From assembly GCA_002011035.2 (NCBI GenBank), contig MTLY02000003.1, positions 288,001 to 352,000 on the forward strand: a stretch of 64,000 nt of DNA, written 5' to 3'. The translations under genes were made by a program, and so were the position numbers. Positions 47,094-57,763 of the stretch are shown in pieces. The notes beneath the pieces were generated by a model. It ran no database searches. It had not been told where the DNA came from and was given only the letters and a program-made list of their open reading frames with translations. This DNA comes from Candidatus Hecatella orcuttiae. Lineage in GTDB: Archaea > Thermoproteota > Bathyarchaeia > Hecatellales > Hecatellaceae. The first letter of the stretch is position 1. Every line of letters begins with the position of its first letter.

Positions 47094-47921
47094 ATGGCGG
47101 CCTTCAAGGTTGCTGTGGTCAGAGGAGAGCGCTCTATATCCACGGTGCTGAAGGCCCTTAAACTCTTGGGAGGAGTTCAGGAGATCTCCGGCAGGCCTGT
47201 TCTGATCAAAGTAAACTTCATCGCTGTAAAGACATGGGACACAGGCACAACCACTGATCCCCTTGTGGTGGAGGCCTTGATCAAGACTTTCCAGCAGACA
47301 GATGAGCAGGTTTATGTGGTGGAATCTGACGCTACAATCACAAACGCAGCGAAGGCCGCCAAAGTAACAGGGGTACTTAACCTCTGCGAGAAATACGGTG
47401 TTCCTTTTCTCAACCTCAGAAAACTCAAAGAGAAAGTCACTCTGCCGGTAGACTCGCCTGAGGTGCTCCCTCAGATAAAAGTTCCCAAGCTGGTGGCTGA
47501 AAGCCACATCGTCAATGCTGCTAAGCTGAAAACCCACTCTGAGACGGGGGTAACCCTCGGCTTGAAGAACATGTTCGGCTTGCTTCCGGACAAGCTTAAG
47601 TTCAAATACCACCTCAAAGGCATCGAAAAGGTGGTTGTAGACGTTAACACCGTCCTAAAGCCAGCGCTCACCGTAATAGACGGCTTCGTAGGCCTGAAGG
47701 ACGGGGGCCCTGTCAAAGGGAAGCCTGTTAAGATGGATTTGATCATCGCCAGTAAAAACGTAACCGCCGCTGATGCCACAGCAGCCCGCATCATGGGCTT
47801 CGAGCCTGAGAGGATATACCACATTCGCCGCGCCGCGGAGAAAGGCCTCGGCAGCCTAACCGCCATTGAGGTGGTAGGTGAGCCCTTGGCTGAATTGGCT
47901 CAAGACTTTCAGAGGCTGTGA
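47094..47921 (+). CDS. DUF362 family protein
   Basis: VLIKVN, TTDP, KLKTH, TLGLKNMFG, IDG. Confidence 0.85.
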   Translation: MAAFKVAVVRGERSISTVLKALKLLGGVQEISGRPVLIKVNFIAVKTWDTGTTTDPLVVEALIKTFQQTDEQVYVVESDATITNAAKAAKVTGVLNLCEKYGVPFLNLRKLKEKVTLPVDSPEVLPQIKVPKLVAESHIVNAAKLKTHSETGVTLGLKNMFGLLPDKLKFKYHLKGIEKVVVDVNTVLKPALTVIDGFVGLKDGGPVKGKPVKMDLIIASKNVTAADATAARIMGFEPERIYHIRRAAEKGLGSLTAIEVVGEPLAELAQDFQRL

Positions 47922-47981
47922 AAGATGAAACTCAGAGAAATAAAGTTTTTATCTTTTCTCAACTAAATATAGCTGGGATCA

Positions 47982-48911
47982 TTGTTGGAAAAAACCATCA
48001 TTGAAGCTGCGGAAAAATCTGGCCTCCGACGGGGAACGGTAACCTTGAAGCGGGGCTTCGCCCACATGCAAAAGGGCGGCGTTATCATGGACGTCACCAA
48101 CGTGGAGCAGGCTCAAGTGGCGGAAGAGACTGGGGCTGTGGCGGTTATGGTTTTGGATAAGCTCCCGGCTGACGTTCGGAAGGCAGGAGGAGTCGCTCGA
48201 ATGTGCGATGTGAAAACCATTGAGGAAGTTATGGACCACGTTACCATTCCCGTCATGGCCAAATGCCGGATAGGCCACTACATGGAGGCTGAAATCCTCG
48301 AAGCCATAGGCGTCGACATGATCGACGAAAGCGAGGTTTTAACCCCGGCTGATGAGCACCACCACATTGACAAGTGGCCGTTCACTGTGCCCTTCGTCAA
48401 CGGAGCCAGAGACCTAGGGGAAGCCCTCCGAAGGATAGCGGAAGGCGCTTCCATGATCAGAACCAAAGGGGAGGCTGGAACGGGAAACGTGGCTGAAGCG
48501 GTGAGACACGTAAAGGCAGTGATGGGACGGATAAGGGAGATCCAGAAGGCAGGAGACGAACAGCTTCTCGATGTAGCTCGAGCCTACCAAGTTCCCTTTG
48601 ACCTCGTCAAAGAAACCGCTTCGCTGGGCAGGTTGCCTGTGGTGAACTTTGCAGCCGGAGGCATAGCCACCCCCGCAGATGCAGCTTTGATGATGGCTCT
48701 GGGATGCGACGGGGTTTTCGTGGGTTCCGGCATCTTCAAGTCTGAGGACCCTTTGGAGAGGGCTAGGTCCATCGTTCTAGCTACAACCTTCTGGGAAGAC
48801 CCTGAAGTAGTCGCTGAAGCTTCCAGGATGGTGGTGGAGAGAAAATCCATGCCGGGCTTGGACATCAAGGCCTTGAAGCCCGAAGAGTTGATGCAGACGA
48901 GAGGGCGCTAA
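47982..48911 (+). CDS. pdxS: PLP synthase lyase subunit
   Basis: [36 protein letters not shown]. Confidence 0.97.
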   Translation: MLEKTIIEAAEKSGLRRGTVTLKRGFAHMQKGGVIMDVTNVEQAQVAEETGAVAVMVLDKLPADVRKAGGVARMCDVKTIEEVMDHVTIPVMAKCRIGHYMEAEILEAIGVDMIDESEVLTPADEHHHIDKWPFTVPFVNGARDLGEALRRIAEGASMIRTKGEAGTGNVAEAVRHVKAVMGRIREIQKAGDEQLLDVARAYQVPFDLVKETASLGRLPVVNFAAGGIATPADAALMMALGCDGVFVGSGIFKSEDPLERARSIVLATTFWEDPEVVAEASRMVVERKSMPGLDIKALKPEELMQTRGR

Positions 48912-48912
48912 G

Positions 48913-49539
48913 ATGGCTTCCGTCCCTGAGCTGAAGATAGGAGTCATAGGGCTTCAGGGCGCTGTCGCGGAGCATGTGGAAGCTCTCAACTCCACCTTGA
49001 AAGAAATGAAGCTCAAAGGAGCGGCCTACCCCATAAAACGCCAAGCCCAGATAGAAGACGTCCACGGCTTGGTGATCCCCGGAGGGGAAAGCACAACCAT
49101 CGGAAGACTCCTCCAGCAGAGAGGTATGGCGGAAAAAATCGTCAAAGCAGCGGAGAAAGGAACTCCCATCCTCGGCACCTGCGCCGGACTCATCCTTATG
49201 GCTAAAGAGGTCTACGACGCCAAAGTCAGCCTTCTCCCTCAACCCCTCTTGGGGTTGATGGATATGAAGGTGGTGAGGAATGCCTTCGGGCGGCAGAGGG
49301 AATCTTTCGAGGACCTTGTTGACATTCCGCTGCTGGGAAGAGACCCTTATCCCGGTGTCTTCATCAGGTCCCCGCTGGTGGAGAGAGTTTGGGGGGAAAA
49401 TGAAGCCATAGGAAGGTGGAGGGAAAAGATCGTGGCTGTTCAGCAGGGAAACCTCCTAGCCACAGCCTTCCATCCCGAGCTTTCCCGCGACCGAAGGTTT
49501 CTTCAATATTTTGTTAAGCACATTCTAGATGCACTTTAG
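48913..49539 (+). CDS. pdxT: PLP synthase glutaminase subunit
   Basis: PGGESTT, GTCAG, RNAFGRQ, FHPEL. Confidence 0.97.
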   Translation: MASVPELKIGVIGLQGAVAEHVEALNSTLKEMKLKGAAYPIKRQAQIEDVHGLVIPGGESTTIGRLLQQRGMAEKIVKAAEKGTPILGTCAGLILMAKEVYDAKVSLLPQPLLGLMDMKVVRNAFGRQRESFEDLVDIPLLGRDPYPGVFIRSPLVERVWGENEAIGRWREKIVAVQQGNLLATAFHPELSRDRRFLQYFVKHILDAL

Positions 49540-49613
49540 TCGCTGTTGAAGCTTCATGGCTTGGCTTAAGTTTTTAAATATTAAAACCACCATTAGCTTA
49601 ACAGTGTCTATGG

Positions 49614-49847
49614 GTGGTTTCAGTGGGGATCATCTACATTCTAGTTGTAACTGAAATCGGGAAAGAAGGCGACGTAAGCGCCGCTTTGGAGAAGATCAAA
49701 GGAGTAACCGAGGCTAAAACCGTCTACGGAGAATTTGACGTGGTGGTGAGGTTGGAGACGTCGACGTTGAAAGAGTTAGACGAAATCGTAACGGCTCTCC
49801 GGAAGGTCCCCGGAATAATCCGCACCGTAACCCTGATTTCATCCTAA
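49614..49847 (+). CDS. Stand-alone Lrp/AsnC ligand-binding (RAM) domain protein
   Basis: VYGEFDVV..IRTVTLI. Confidence 0.85.
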   Translation: MVSVGIIYILVVTEIGKEGDVSAALEKIKGVTEAKTVYGEFDVVVRLETSTLKELDEIVTALRKVPGIIRTVTLISS

Positions 49848-50767
49848 TCTAAATCCAGAAACTTCCTCGCAGCGCCCAACAGCTTCTTCAAGCTTTCAAA
49901 GTTTTTCTCAGGGATTTTTTCGAGAAGAACACTTAGGGGAACCTGCTCGCCTCGTTTAGTCTCCACCAGCCTCCAGCCCACCGTCTCCGATAGTTTCCTC
50001 CTGGTTATCGGGTATCTGATTTTTTCCACCAGCTTTTCGAAGGCTTCCAAGCCGAAGCAGTCCATGAGGGGAGGAAACTGCCCTGTCTTCAGAAAAGCCT
50101 GAAAGCGGTGAGCGTCCACGTACATGGAGAGGTTGTTGAACAAAACGTAGACGGGGGCTGTTTTAGCTGTTTTCTCAACAGCTTCAGCTAGCTTTCTCAA
50201 CTCCTCGTTGGAGTACTGGTAGTAGTAGAGTCGCTCCCCCAAGCCGTGAAGGCGGAAGTAGGCCTTGTCCGCGATGTAAAAAGGGGGGTGGCCCAGAAGA
50301 GGGTCAACGCAGTGAACCAATTGTAGCTTCTCGAAGAGGGCTGCAAGCCCAGCTTGGAGTTCGGGGTTAAACCATTCTCCGCCTCGGGTTTCCCATACCA
50401 AGTTAAGACCGTCTCTTTTAGCCTTCCTGAAGAAGATTTCAGCTTTTTTCAAGTTTTCCGGAGTAGGACGGAAAGAGCCGGGAGTTTGGATGAGGAGAAC
50501 ACGGCTGCCTAGGATCCGGCAGGTTTCCACCATGCGCTGGAAGGCTTCAGCGCTTTCAGGTTTCCATTCTAGGCGGTGGGTGTGGCTTAGGTCTCTGTGG
50601 GCCTTCACCGTGAACTCGAAGCCTGAGGGGGCCTCCCTTCTCCACTTGGAGAGCAGGGTGGGGCTGTGGTAACGGTAGAAGGTAGAGTTGATTTCCACCA
50701 AGCTTAGGGCTTCATAATACCTGGGTTTGGAGACGGGAAACCCGCAGCATCCTACCTTGACAGGCAT
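49844..50767 (-). CDS. DUF72 family protein
   Basis: VEINSTFY, FTVKAH, YFRLHG, VLFNN. Confidence 0.88.
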   Translation of the reverse strand: MPVKVGCCGFPVSKPRYYEALSLVEINSTFYRYHSPTLLSKWRREAPSGFEFTVKAHRDLSHTHRLEWKPESAEAFQRMVETCRILGSRVLLIQTPGSFRPTPENLKKAEIFFRKAKRDGLNLVWETRGGEWFNPELQAGLAALFEKLQLVHCVDPLLGHPPFYIADKAYFRLHGLGERLYYYQYSNEELRKLAEAVEKTAKTAPVYVLFNNLSMYVDAHRFQAFLKTGQFPPLMDCFGLEAFEKLVEKIRYPITRRKLSETVGWRLVETKRGEQVPLSVLLEKIPEKNFESLKKLLGAARKFLDLD

Positions 50768-50844
50768 TCCCTTCCCCCATAGAAAAATGCTCGGATTAGT
50801 CTTAAATGCAACTTCCCTTTCAAGTTTAATAGGAGAAGATTTTC

Positions 50845-51546
50845 TTGAAGGGGCCGAAGCCGCCTGTGGCCGTGAGGGTTAAGAGTCTAGACGACTTCAC
50901 GAGGCTTGCTCTAGCCTTAACCGACTCCCCGCCTTTGCTGTGGCAGTTCAAGTACGAGAAAAAATACATCCTGAGCGCCTTCACCGTGTACATGTCTTGG
51001 AAGGGGGATATTCCCCTTCTGGCCTATATCCCTCTGAGGAAGAAACCCAGCTCCTTCCTTGCCTACCGGAGCAATGGGGAAGGGGAAGAATGCCTCTTCA
51101 CCGACAACATCGAAGACACTCGGTACGTTTACGCTCCCATAATCAAACTGCGGGAGGCCCCCCAGTTTTTTAAGGCCTCCCTCCAAGGAAAGTTCCCTCA
51201 TCCTCCCCAGCCCTTGGGTGTCGAGCTGGACAGTCTTTACTCTCTCATGCGCCTTCTCTATCTTGTCTCCTCCAAGGAGTACATGGCTTTCCCCATCTGG
51301 CATTTTCGACGGCATGGAAGACGCATTCTAGGAGTATGCATTCCTTTCGAGCATTATTATGAAAGCAACGCTCTACCCGTCTTCTTCTACATCCGGGTGG
51401 GAAGAGCATCCCATGAGCCCTTCCTCCGCTACCTGACATCCCGAAGCGGAGGGGAATCCATCAGCTACAGCCGAAGCACAGGGGACCCCAAATTTTTCTA
51501 CGCCAAAATCATAGACGTGGAGGACATGCCCCTCTTTCCCGGGTGA
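50845..51546 (+). CDS. Hypothetical protein made of two similar domains
   Basis: VKSLDDFTRL..LWQF..FLAY..YAPII and LDSLYSLMRL..IWHF..FLRY..YAKII halves. Confidence 0.7.
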   Translation: MKGPKPPVAVRVKSLDDFTRLALALTDSPPLLWQFKYEKKYILSAFTVYMSWKGDIPLLAYIPLRKKPSSFLAYRSNGEGEECLFTDNIEDTRYVYAPIIKLREAPQFFKASLQGKFPHPPQPLGVELDSLYSLMRLLYLVSSKEYMAFPIWHFRRHGRRILGVCIPFEHYYESNALPVFFYIRVGRASHEPFLRYLTSRSGGESISYSRSTGDPKFFYAKIIDVEDMPLFPG

Positions 51547-51553
51547 TCCGCTG

Positions 51554-52324
51554 TTGTTCCGAGACCAGATTCAAACCTCCGCCAAGAGGAAACAGTCCAA
51601 CATCGTTTTAGCCCTCGACCTCACCGGTCTAAGCCCTGAAAGGTTGCTGGCGGAAAGCTTGAACTTAGTGAAGAGGCTTTCCAGCCTCATCTGCGCTGTG
51701 AAAGTCAACAGGCATCTGACACTTCCCCTAGGCCTCCGGGGAGGAGTTGAGAAGATTGTGCAGCAGGCTCACAGGTTCGACCTCCCCGCTATCATGGACT
51801 GCAAGCTCAACGACATAGGCTCCACCAACCGGGTGATAGCTGAAAACTTTTTCCAAATAGGCTTCGACGCCCTCACGGTAAGCCCCCACACGGGATGGGA
51901 AAAAGGACTGGAGCCCGTTTTCACCCTAGCCCGGGAGATGGGGAAAGGGATCATAACTCTCGTCTACATGAGCCACCCCGGAGCTGAAGAGGTCTTCGGC
52001 TTAAAAACGCAAGACCCTGAAACAGGCGAAATGCAGCCTGCCTACAAGCTTTTCGCCAAGTGGTCCCGGAGGTGGAAGGCAGACGGAGCTGTCGTAGGAG
52101 CCACTAGGCCTAAGATAATCTCAGAAGTCGACGGCCTCTTAGGGAAAGAGGTTCCCATATACTCTCCGGGAGTAGGATTTCAAGGCGGCATGGTTGAGGA
52201 GGCCATGAAAAGTGGAACCCGGTACCTGATAGTGGGGAGGACTATCTTCACGGCAAAGGAGCCGGAGGCCGTTGCAGAGCAGATTCGTGGCACTGTGCTA
52301 AAAGTGGCTCCTCAACTCTTCTAG
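51554..52324 (+). CDS. pyrF: Orotidine-5'-phosphate decarboxylase
   Basis: LALD, DCKLNDIGST, MSHPG, PGVGFQGG, IVGR. Confidence 0.93.
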   Translation: MFRDQIQTSAKRKQSNIVLALDLTGLSPERLLAESLNLVKRLSSLICAVKVNRHLTLPLGLRGGVEKIVQQAHRFDLPAIMDCKLNDIGSTNRVIAENFFQIGFDALTVSPHTGWEKGLEPVFTLAREMGKGIITLVYMSHPGAEEVFGLKTQDPETGEMQPAYKLFAKWSRRWKADGAVVGATRPKIISEVDGLLGKEVPIYSPGVGFQGGMVEEAMKSGTRYLIVGRTIFTAKEPEAVAEQIRGTVLKVAPQLF

Positions 52325-52659
52325 CCGCTGGCGGAAGCCCCTTTTCCAAGGTTTAGCGTGCCTGTTTTTGCCAAAGCTCGTTTTTCAGCAGGTCTCTCAC
52401 AGCAGCTCTCATTACTGCGCTACGGCTGGAGTACATGCCGGCTTTGATGAGTTCATCCATCCCCTCAACCAAGGCCTCGGGGAGTTTGACGGTGAGAAGC
52501 TTCATGGTGGCGGACAAGGGACAACGCCGTTGGTAGATAACGCGTGGAAAATTATAAAGATTTTGCTAGCCCAGCCGAAAGGACGGCGGGAAGAGTTTAC
52601 GGAGATTATTTAAGGGGAGAGTGTTCCTATTCTTCTGGACTTGAGGAGCGTTAAACCGG

Positions 52660-53997
52660 TTGAAGTTTGCCGTGGTGGGTCTAGGCCAGGCTGGGGGGAG
52701 AATCGCGGACCTCTTTGTTCATTATGACCTCCTGCATGAGAAAGCTCATGGAAGGAACATCCCCGTTTGCTTGGCCATCAACACTTCGCAGTCGGACTTA
52801 AGAGGATTGAAGGCTATCCCTCCTAGGGACAGAATTCTCATAGGTCAGAGTTATTCCAAAGCCCATGGAGCAGGAGCTAACATCGACGCGGGGGCGGAAA
52901 TAGCCAAAAAAGAGCTGAGTTACATCAAGAAAGCCTTAGGAGAAAGAGGAGCCTTTAACACCGAGAACATCGACGCCTTCTTTCTGATAGCTGGACTTGG
53001 GGGCGGAACCGGGTCAGGGGGCACCCCCATCTTGGCTAAGGAATTAAAGATGTACAACATGCCTGTGATCGCTTTAGGCATCCTGCCCAGCAATGATGAA
53101 GGGGGCTTGATGGCCATAAACGCCTCCCGGAGTCTGATGTCGCTGCATGAAACAGTGGACGCTTTAATTCTATTTGACAACAACAGGTGGAAGACTCCGG
53201 GACTGCCCATTCATGAAAGCTACTCTCACATGAACCATATGATCGTCAGAATATTCCCGCTGGTTCTGGGGGCGGGAGAAGTTAAAACTCCGGCGATGGT
53301 AGGCAGCAAAGTAGTGGACGCCTCCGACATCCTGAACTCATTGAAAGGTTTCACTGTCTTCGGATATTCTGAGGCCTCGGCGCGAAGGGGTTTCTTGGCG
53401 TTCAAAAAGAAAGGCAAATTCGATCAGCTTAATCCGAAAGACAAATGCCGCTCCGTTTTGCAGGACGCCGTCACTCGACTGTCCACAGACTGTGTTCTAG
53501 GCAGCGCTGAAAAAGCCCTTCTGATGCTCGCAGGTCCTCCCAGCGAGCTGAGTAAGGACGGGTTTGATGAGGCTGTCCGCTGGTATGAAGCCAATTTGAA
53601 AGGAGCGGAGGTCAGAGGCGGCGACTTCCCTCTGCCTAAGTCAGATAAGGTCATGGGGATAGTCTTCCTCTCCGGGATTTATGACATCCCTAGAATAAGA
53701 GAACTCATGGATGCAGGGATCAGACACCGGAAGACCCTTGATGAAAAGAAAAGAGTTCACCCTCTCCTTCATTATAAGCTGAAATACGGAGAACATTTGA
53801 GGACGGTTGAGTTTCAGCCCTCCATCGCTGAGGAAACACCGATTTCAGGCTGTCCCACGTGTGGAAGCGGTGATTTGATGGTGCTCAAATCTTGGGAGGT
53901 GAAACCCAAAACCAAGAAAGGCCCAGCCATGCGGGTGACCATTTATTCATGCGAAAGCGGCCACAGGTTCAGAAAAACCACAAAAACTGAGGCGTAA
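52660..53997 (+). CDS. CetZ-like tubulin/FtsZ-family GTPase with a C-terminal Cren7-like Zn-ribbon domain
   Basis: VGLGQAGGRIAD, GLGGGTGSGG, FDN, VVDASDILNSL, RGGDFP; tail CPTCG..KSWEVKPKTKKG..YSCESGHRFRK. Confidence 0.88.
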   Translation: MKFAVVGLGQAGGRIADLFVHYDLLHEKAHGRNIPVCLAINTSQSDLRGLKAIPPRDRILIGQSYSKAHGAGANIDAGAEIAKKELSYIKKALGERGAFNTENIDAFFLIAGLGGGTGSGGTPILAKELKMYNMPVIALGILPSNDEGGLMAINASRSLMSLHETVDALILFDNNRWKTPGLPIHESYSHMNHMIVRIFPLVLGAGEVKTPAMVGSKVVDASDILNSLKGFTVFGYSEASARRGFLAFKKKGKFDQLNPKDKCRSVLQDAVTRLSTDCVLGSAEKALLMLAGPPSELSKDGFDEAVRWYEANLKGAEVRGGDFPLPKSDKVMGIVFLSGIYDIPRIRELMDAGIRHRKTLDEKKRVHPLLHYKLKYGEHLRTVEFQPSIAEETPISGCPTCGSGDLMVLKSWEVKPKTKKGPAMRVTIYSCESGHRFRKTTKTEA

Positions 53998-54126
53998 ACC
54001 CTTTTTTACTAGAGCCTGAAAACTGAAGGTCAAGGGGTTGGGTCCGCTGGAAAGCTGTGCGGAGATAACCTTATGCAGTAGAGGTGTTATATCAGAGTTT
54101 AACATATTATTGATGAGGGAGCCGAG

Positions 54127-54456
54127 ATGGGCGGCGGCAAGAAGAAAGGATTATCCGCTATGGAGAAAGCCCAAAGGCTCAAGGAAGAAAAGGAAAAAGC
54201 TGGGAGGAAGAAAGGCAAGCCTGCCCCCTCCAAAAAGGTTTCCATAACCTATGGATTCCCTGAGGTAGACGACGAAACCCTGACCTCCGAGCTGGGGAAA
54301 ATGAAAGCGGTGACACCTGCGGCTTTAGCCTCAGCCTTCAATATTAAGGTGAGTATGGCTGAGGACTACTTGGAAAGCCTCCAAAAAAGAGGCCTCGTCA
54401 GCCTTGTGAGAGGCTGCGAGCGTCTAAAAATCTACAAGCCCACTGCTGCCAGCTAA
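54127..54456 (+). CDS. rps25e: 30S ribosomal protein eS25
   Basis: MGGGKKK.., KAVTPAALASAFNIKVSMA..IY. Confidence 0.88.
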   Translation: MGGGKKKGLSAMEKAQRLKEEKEKAGRKKGKPAPSKKVSITYGFPEVDDETLTSELGKMKAVTPAALASAFNIKVSMAEDYLESLQKRGLVSLVRGCERLKIYKPTAAS

Positions 54457-54457
54457 G

Positions 54458-54835
54458 TTAGTCTCCCAGCCTTTCCACTCGGATTATCTGGCCTTCCTTG
54501 GCAGACCTGAAAAGCTCCAAGTTTTCGGTGACTTTTCCCACCACGTTCACGGGGCTGTAGGGTTGAGATTCACCGTAGAAGATGCAGAGGGCGCTTCCCA
54601 CAGGCCAGTAGGCTATGGCCCCTGTTTCCACCGTCTTCTTTTCCTTCTCCAGCCCCACTTTGATGGGAGTGGTGAAGTAGACCTCTTCCTTCCATACGGC
54701 CAGCTTACCCTCTAAAGGGAGCGCCTTGAGGATGGCTGCCACCGTCTGGGGGGCTAGAAACCTAGCCAGTTCTCCTCTGCTTTCCCCTAGGCCTTTGACG
54801 GTTATCTTTATCGGGATTCTACCCGTGTTCTCCAA
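54458..54835 (-). CDS. Cyclophilin-like fold protein (DUF369)
   Basis: APQTV..LPL, EVYF, IAYWPVGSALCIFYG, SPVNVVGKV. Confidence 0.85.
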   Translation of the reverse strand: MENTGRIPIKITVKGLGESRGELARFLAPQTVAAILKALPLEGKLAVWKEEVYFTTPIKVGLEKEKKTVETGAIAYWPVGSALCIFYGESQPYSPVNVVGKVTENLELFRSAKEGQIIRVERLGD

Positions 54836-55176
54836 GCGGTTTCACCTTCAACCAGCCAGTCTATGGCAGTTTACAGATTTAAAATTAACCTACCGGTCAG
54901 TGGTTTATGGCCTCGAAATTAACCAGTCATAGTTCTCGTGGAGTTTTATATGCCATAACATCTATTCTCCCTTCTATTTTCTTAAATTGGCTTGCTTTAT
55001 GAATTTAAACACCTAGCCCGAGGTACCGAAGATGATCGACTCTACTGGAGAGGAGTAGCGCCACCAACACCCTCTAGGCGGTGGAATCTTGAGGAAAAAT
55101 TTAAATATTTCATCCTAATTTCAAACCTCTCGCAAATAGAATAATATCACGGGAAGCGTTAAGGAGGATTGAAAAA

Positions 55177-56841
55177 ATGGCAGCTCAAGCAATTCCAGCT
55201 GTAACTGAATCCGGTCAACCTGTACTGATCTTGAAAGAGGGAACAACCCAGACGAAGGGAAGGGAAGCCCAGAGGAACAACATCACCGCCGCCAAGGTTG
55301 TGGCTGAAATCATTAGGACATGCCTCGGCCCCCGGGGCATGGATAAAATGCTCATCTCCAGCTTCGGCGACGCCACCATAACCAACGACGGAGCCACCAT
55401 TCTGAAGGAGATGGACATTCAACATCCAGCCGCCAAGATGATGGTGGAGACGGCTAAGGCCACCGACCAAGAGGTTGGCGACGGAACCACCAGCGTCGTG
55501 GTGCTGGCTGGGGCTTTGCTGGAGAAGGCGGAAGCTCTCATCGATAAAAACGTTCACCCCACCCTCATCGTCGACGGCTACAGCAAGGCTGAAGAGAAAG
55601 CCTTGGAATTCGGCCGGAAGATAGCCATACCAGTGGACCCAAAGGATAAGGGGATGTTGAAGAAGGTGGCGATAACCTCCATGGCCAGTAAGCTGGTTTC
55701 AGAGAATCGGGATTACCTCGCAGACTTGGCTGTGGAAGCCATTCTGCAAGTCGCCCAGAAAACTGACGAAGGATACAAAGTGGACATCGGAGACGTGAAG
55801 GTGGAGAAGAAGGCGGGAGCCTCCATCACCGACACCCAGCTTATTCGAGGGGTAGCTGTGGATAAGGAAGTGGTTCACAGCGGTATGCCTAGGAGGGTGG
55901 AAAAGGCGAAAATAGCCCTCTTGGAAAGCCCCTTGGAGATCGAGAAGACAGAGTTTGACGCCAAGATCAACATAGAGACTCCGGAGCAGATGAAGAGCTT
56001 CATGGACGAGGAGACCAGAATTTTCAAGGAGATGGTGGATAAGATTGCTGCCACTGGGGCCAACGTGGTCTTCTGCCAGAAAGGCATCGACGACATGGCT
56101 CAGCATTTCTTGGCCAAACGGAGTATCCTAGCCATCAGGAGGGTTAAGCAGTCTGACATGGAGAAGCTTTCCAAAGCCACGGGTGGAAGAATCGTCACCA
56201 GCGTAGACGCCTTAACGTCGGCAGACTTAGGCTCCGCTGAGCTAGTGGAGGAGAGGAAGCTGGGAGAAGACAAGTGGACCTTCGTGGAAGGCTGCAAGAA
56301 CCCCAAGTCCCTCACCATCCTAGTGAGAGGCGGAACTGAGAGAGTTACCGACGAGGCTGAGAGGTCTATCCACGACGCTCTTTCTGTGGTGAGAGACGTA
56401 GTGGAGAACCCCAAGATCGTCGTGGGAGGAGGCGCCTTTGAAGCAGAGGTTTCCACCCAGCTGAGAAACTGGGCTCAAACTCTCACAGGCAGGGAGCAGC
56501 TGGCTGCTTTAGATTTCGCCGACGCGCTTGAAAGTATCCCGCTGACTTTGGCTGAGAACGCAGGCGCAGACCCCTTGGACATCCAAGTGGAGCTCAGGTC
56601 GAGGCATGAGAAAGGTGAAAAATGGTACGGCGTCGACGTCTTCGCAGGGAAGGTGGCAGACTTGGAGAAGCAAGAGGTGTTGGAGCCTTTGAGGGTGAAG
56701 GAGCAGATAATAACTTCAGCCCACGAAGCTGCAGCCATGATCCTCCGTATCGACGATGTTATTGCCGCTTCTAAGATGAAGGAGTCAACCCCGCCTAAAG
56801 GCGGAGGCGCCGGAGGGGAAGAAAGCTCCGAATTTGATTAA
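55177..56841 (+). CDS. Thermosome (group II chaperonin) subunit
   Basis: [29 protein letters not shown]; acidic tail. Confidence 0.97.
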   Translation: MAAQAIPAVTESGQPVLILKEGTTQTKGREAQRNNITAAKVVAEIIRTCLGPRGMDKMLISSFGDATITNDGATILKEMDIQHPAAKMMVETAKATDQEVGDGTTSVVVLAGALLEKAEALIDKNVHPTLIVDGYSKAEEKALEFGRKIAIPVDPKDKGMLKKVAITSMASKLVSENRDYLADLAVEAILQVAQKTDEGYKVDIGDVKVEKKAGASITDTQLIRGVAVDKEVVHSGMPRRVEKAKIALLESPLEIEKTEFDAKINIETPEQMKSFMDEETRIFKEMVDKIAATGANVVFCQKGIDDMAQHFLAKRSILAIRRVKQSDMEKLSKATGGRIVTSVDALTSADLGSAELVEERKLGEDKWTFVEGCKNPKSLTILVRGGTERVTDEAERSIHDALSVVRDVVENPKIVVGGGAFEAEVSTQLRNWAQTLTGREQLAALDFADALESIPLTLAENAGADPLDIQVELRSRHEKGEKWYGVDVFAGKVADLEKQEVLEPLRVKEQIITSAHEAAAMILRIDDVIAASKMKESTPPKGGGAGGEESSEFD

Positions 56842-57763
56842 GGTTTCCAAGATGGAGGTGTAAAAAGATGGCAAGCGCAGGAAGTGTTCCGGTACTGATC
56901 CTGAAAGAAGGAACCGGGAGAACCCGGGGTAGAAACGCTCAGAGAAACAACATCATGGCAGCGAGAATCATCGGAGAAGTTCTAAAGAGCACCCTCGGGC
57001 CCAGAGGCATGGATAAGATGTTGGTGGACAGTCTCGGCGACGTGACGGTAACCAACGACGGAGCCACCGTCCTCAAGGAAATCGACGTCCAACATCCAGC
57101 CGCCAAGATGATGGTGGAGGCGGCTAAGACCCAAGATACCATCGCCGGCGACGGAACCACCACCGTAGTGGTTCTGGCAAGCGAACTGCTCAAAAAGGCT
57201 GAAGAGCTGCTGGACCAGAACATTCATCCAACCGTGGTGGTCGGAGGCTACAGGAAAGCGGCCGCTCAGGCCTTGGAGGAGTTGGGCGGCATCGCCAAAG
57301 GCGTGGACATCAAAGATAAAGAAGCCTTGAAGAAGGTGGCGTCCACTGCCATCCGAAGCAAGTCAGTGGCCTTGTCTAAGGAGCTGGTGACTAACCTAGC
57401 CATCGAGGCAGTGGATCTCATCGCCGAACGTCGAGGAGACAAGTGGGTTGCCGATGTTGAGCAAATCCAGATAACCAAAAAGCACGGTGGAAGCTTCACT
57501 GACACCCGGCTTATCAAAGGGATCATCGTGGATAAGGAAGTGGTTCACAGCGGTATGCCTAGGAGGGTGGAAAAGGCGAAAATAGCCCTCTTGGAAAGCC
57601 CCTTGGAGATCGAGAAGACAGAGTTTGACGCCAAGATCAACATAGAGACTCCGGAGCAGATGAAGAGCTTCATGGACGAGGAGACCAGAATTTTCAAGGA
57701 GATGGTGGATAAGATTGCTGCCACTGGGGCCAACGTGGTCTTCTGCCAGAAAGGCATCGACGA
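55858..57763 (+). repeat. 236-bp identical direct repeat (55858-56093 = 57528-57763) inside the two thermosome genes
   Basis: Line-by-line comparison showed no mismatch; flanks are diverged. Confidence 0.9.

Noticed and set aside
55010-55095. Possible small RNA upstream of the thermosome promoter
   Set aside because: Only short hairpins; no complete C/D, H/ACA or riboswitch motif
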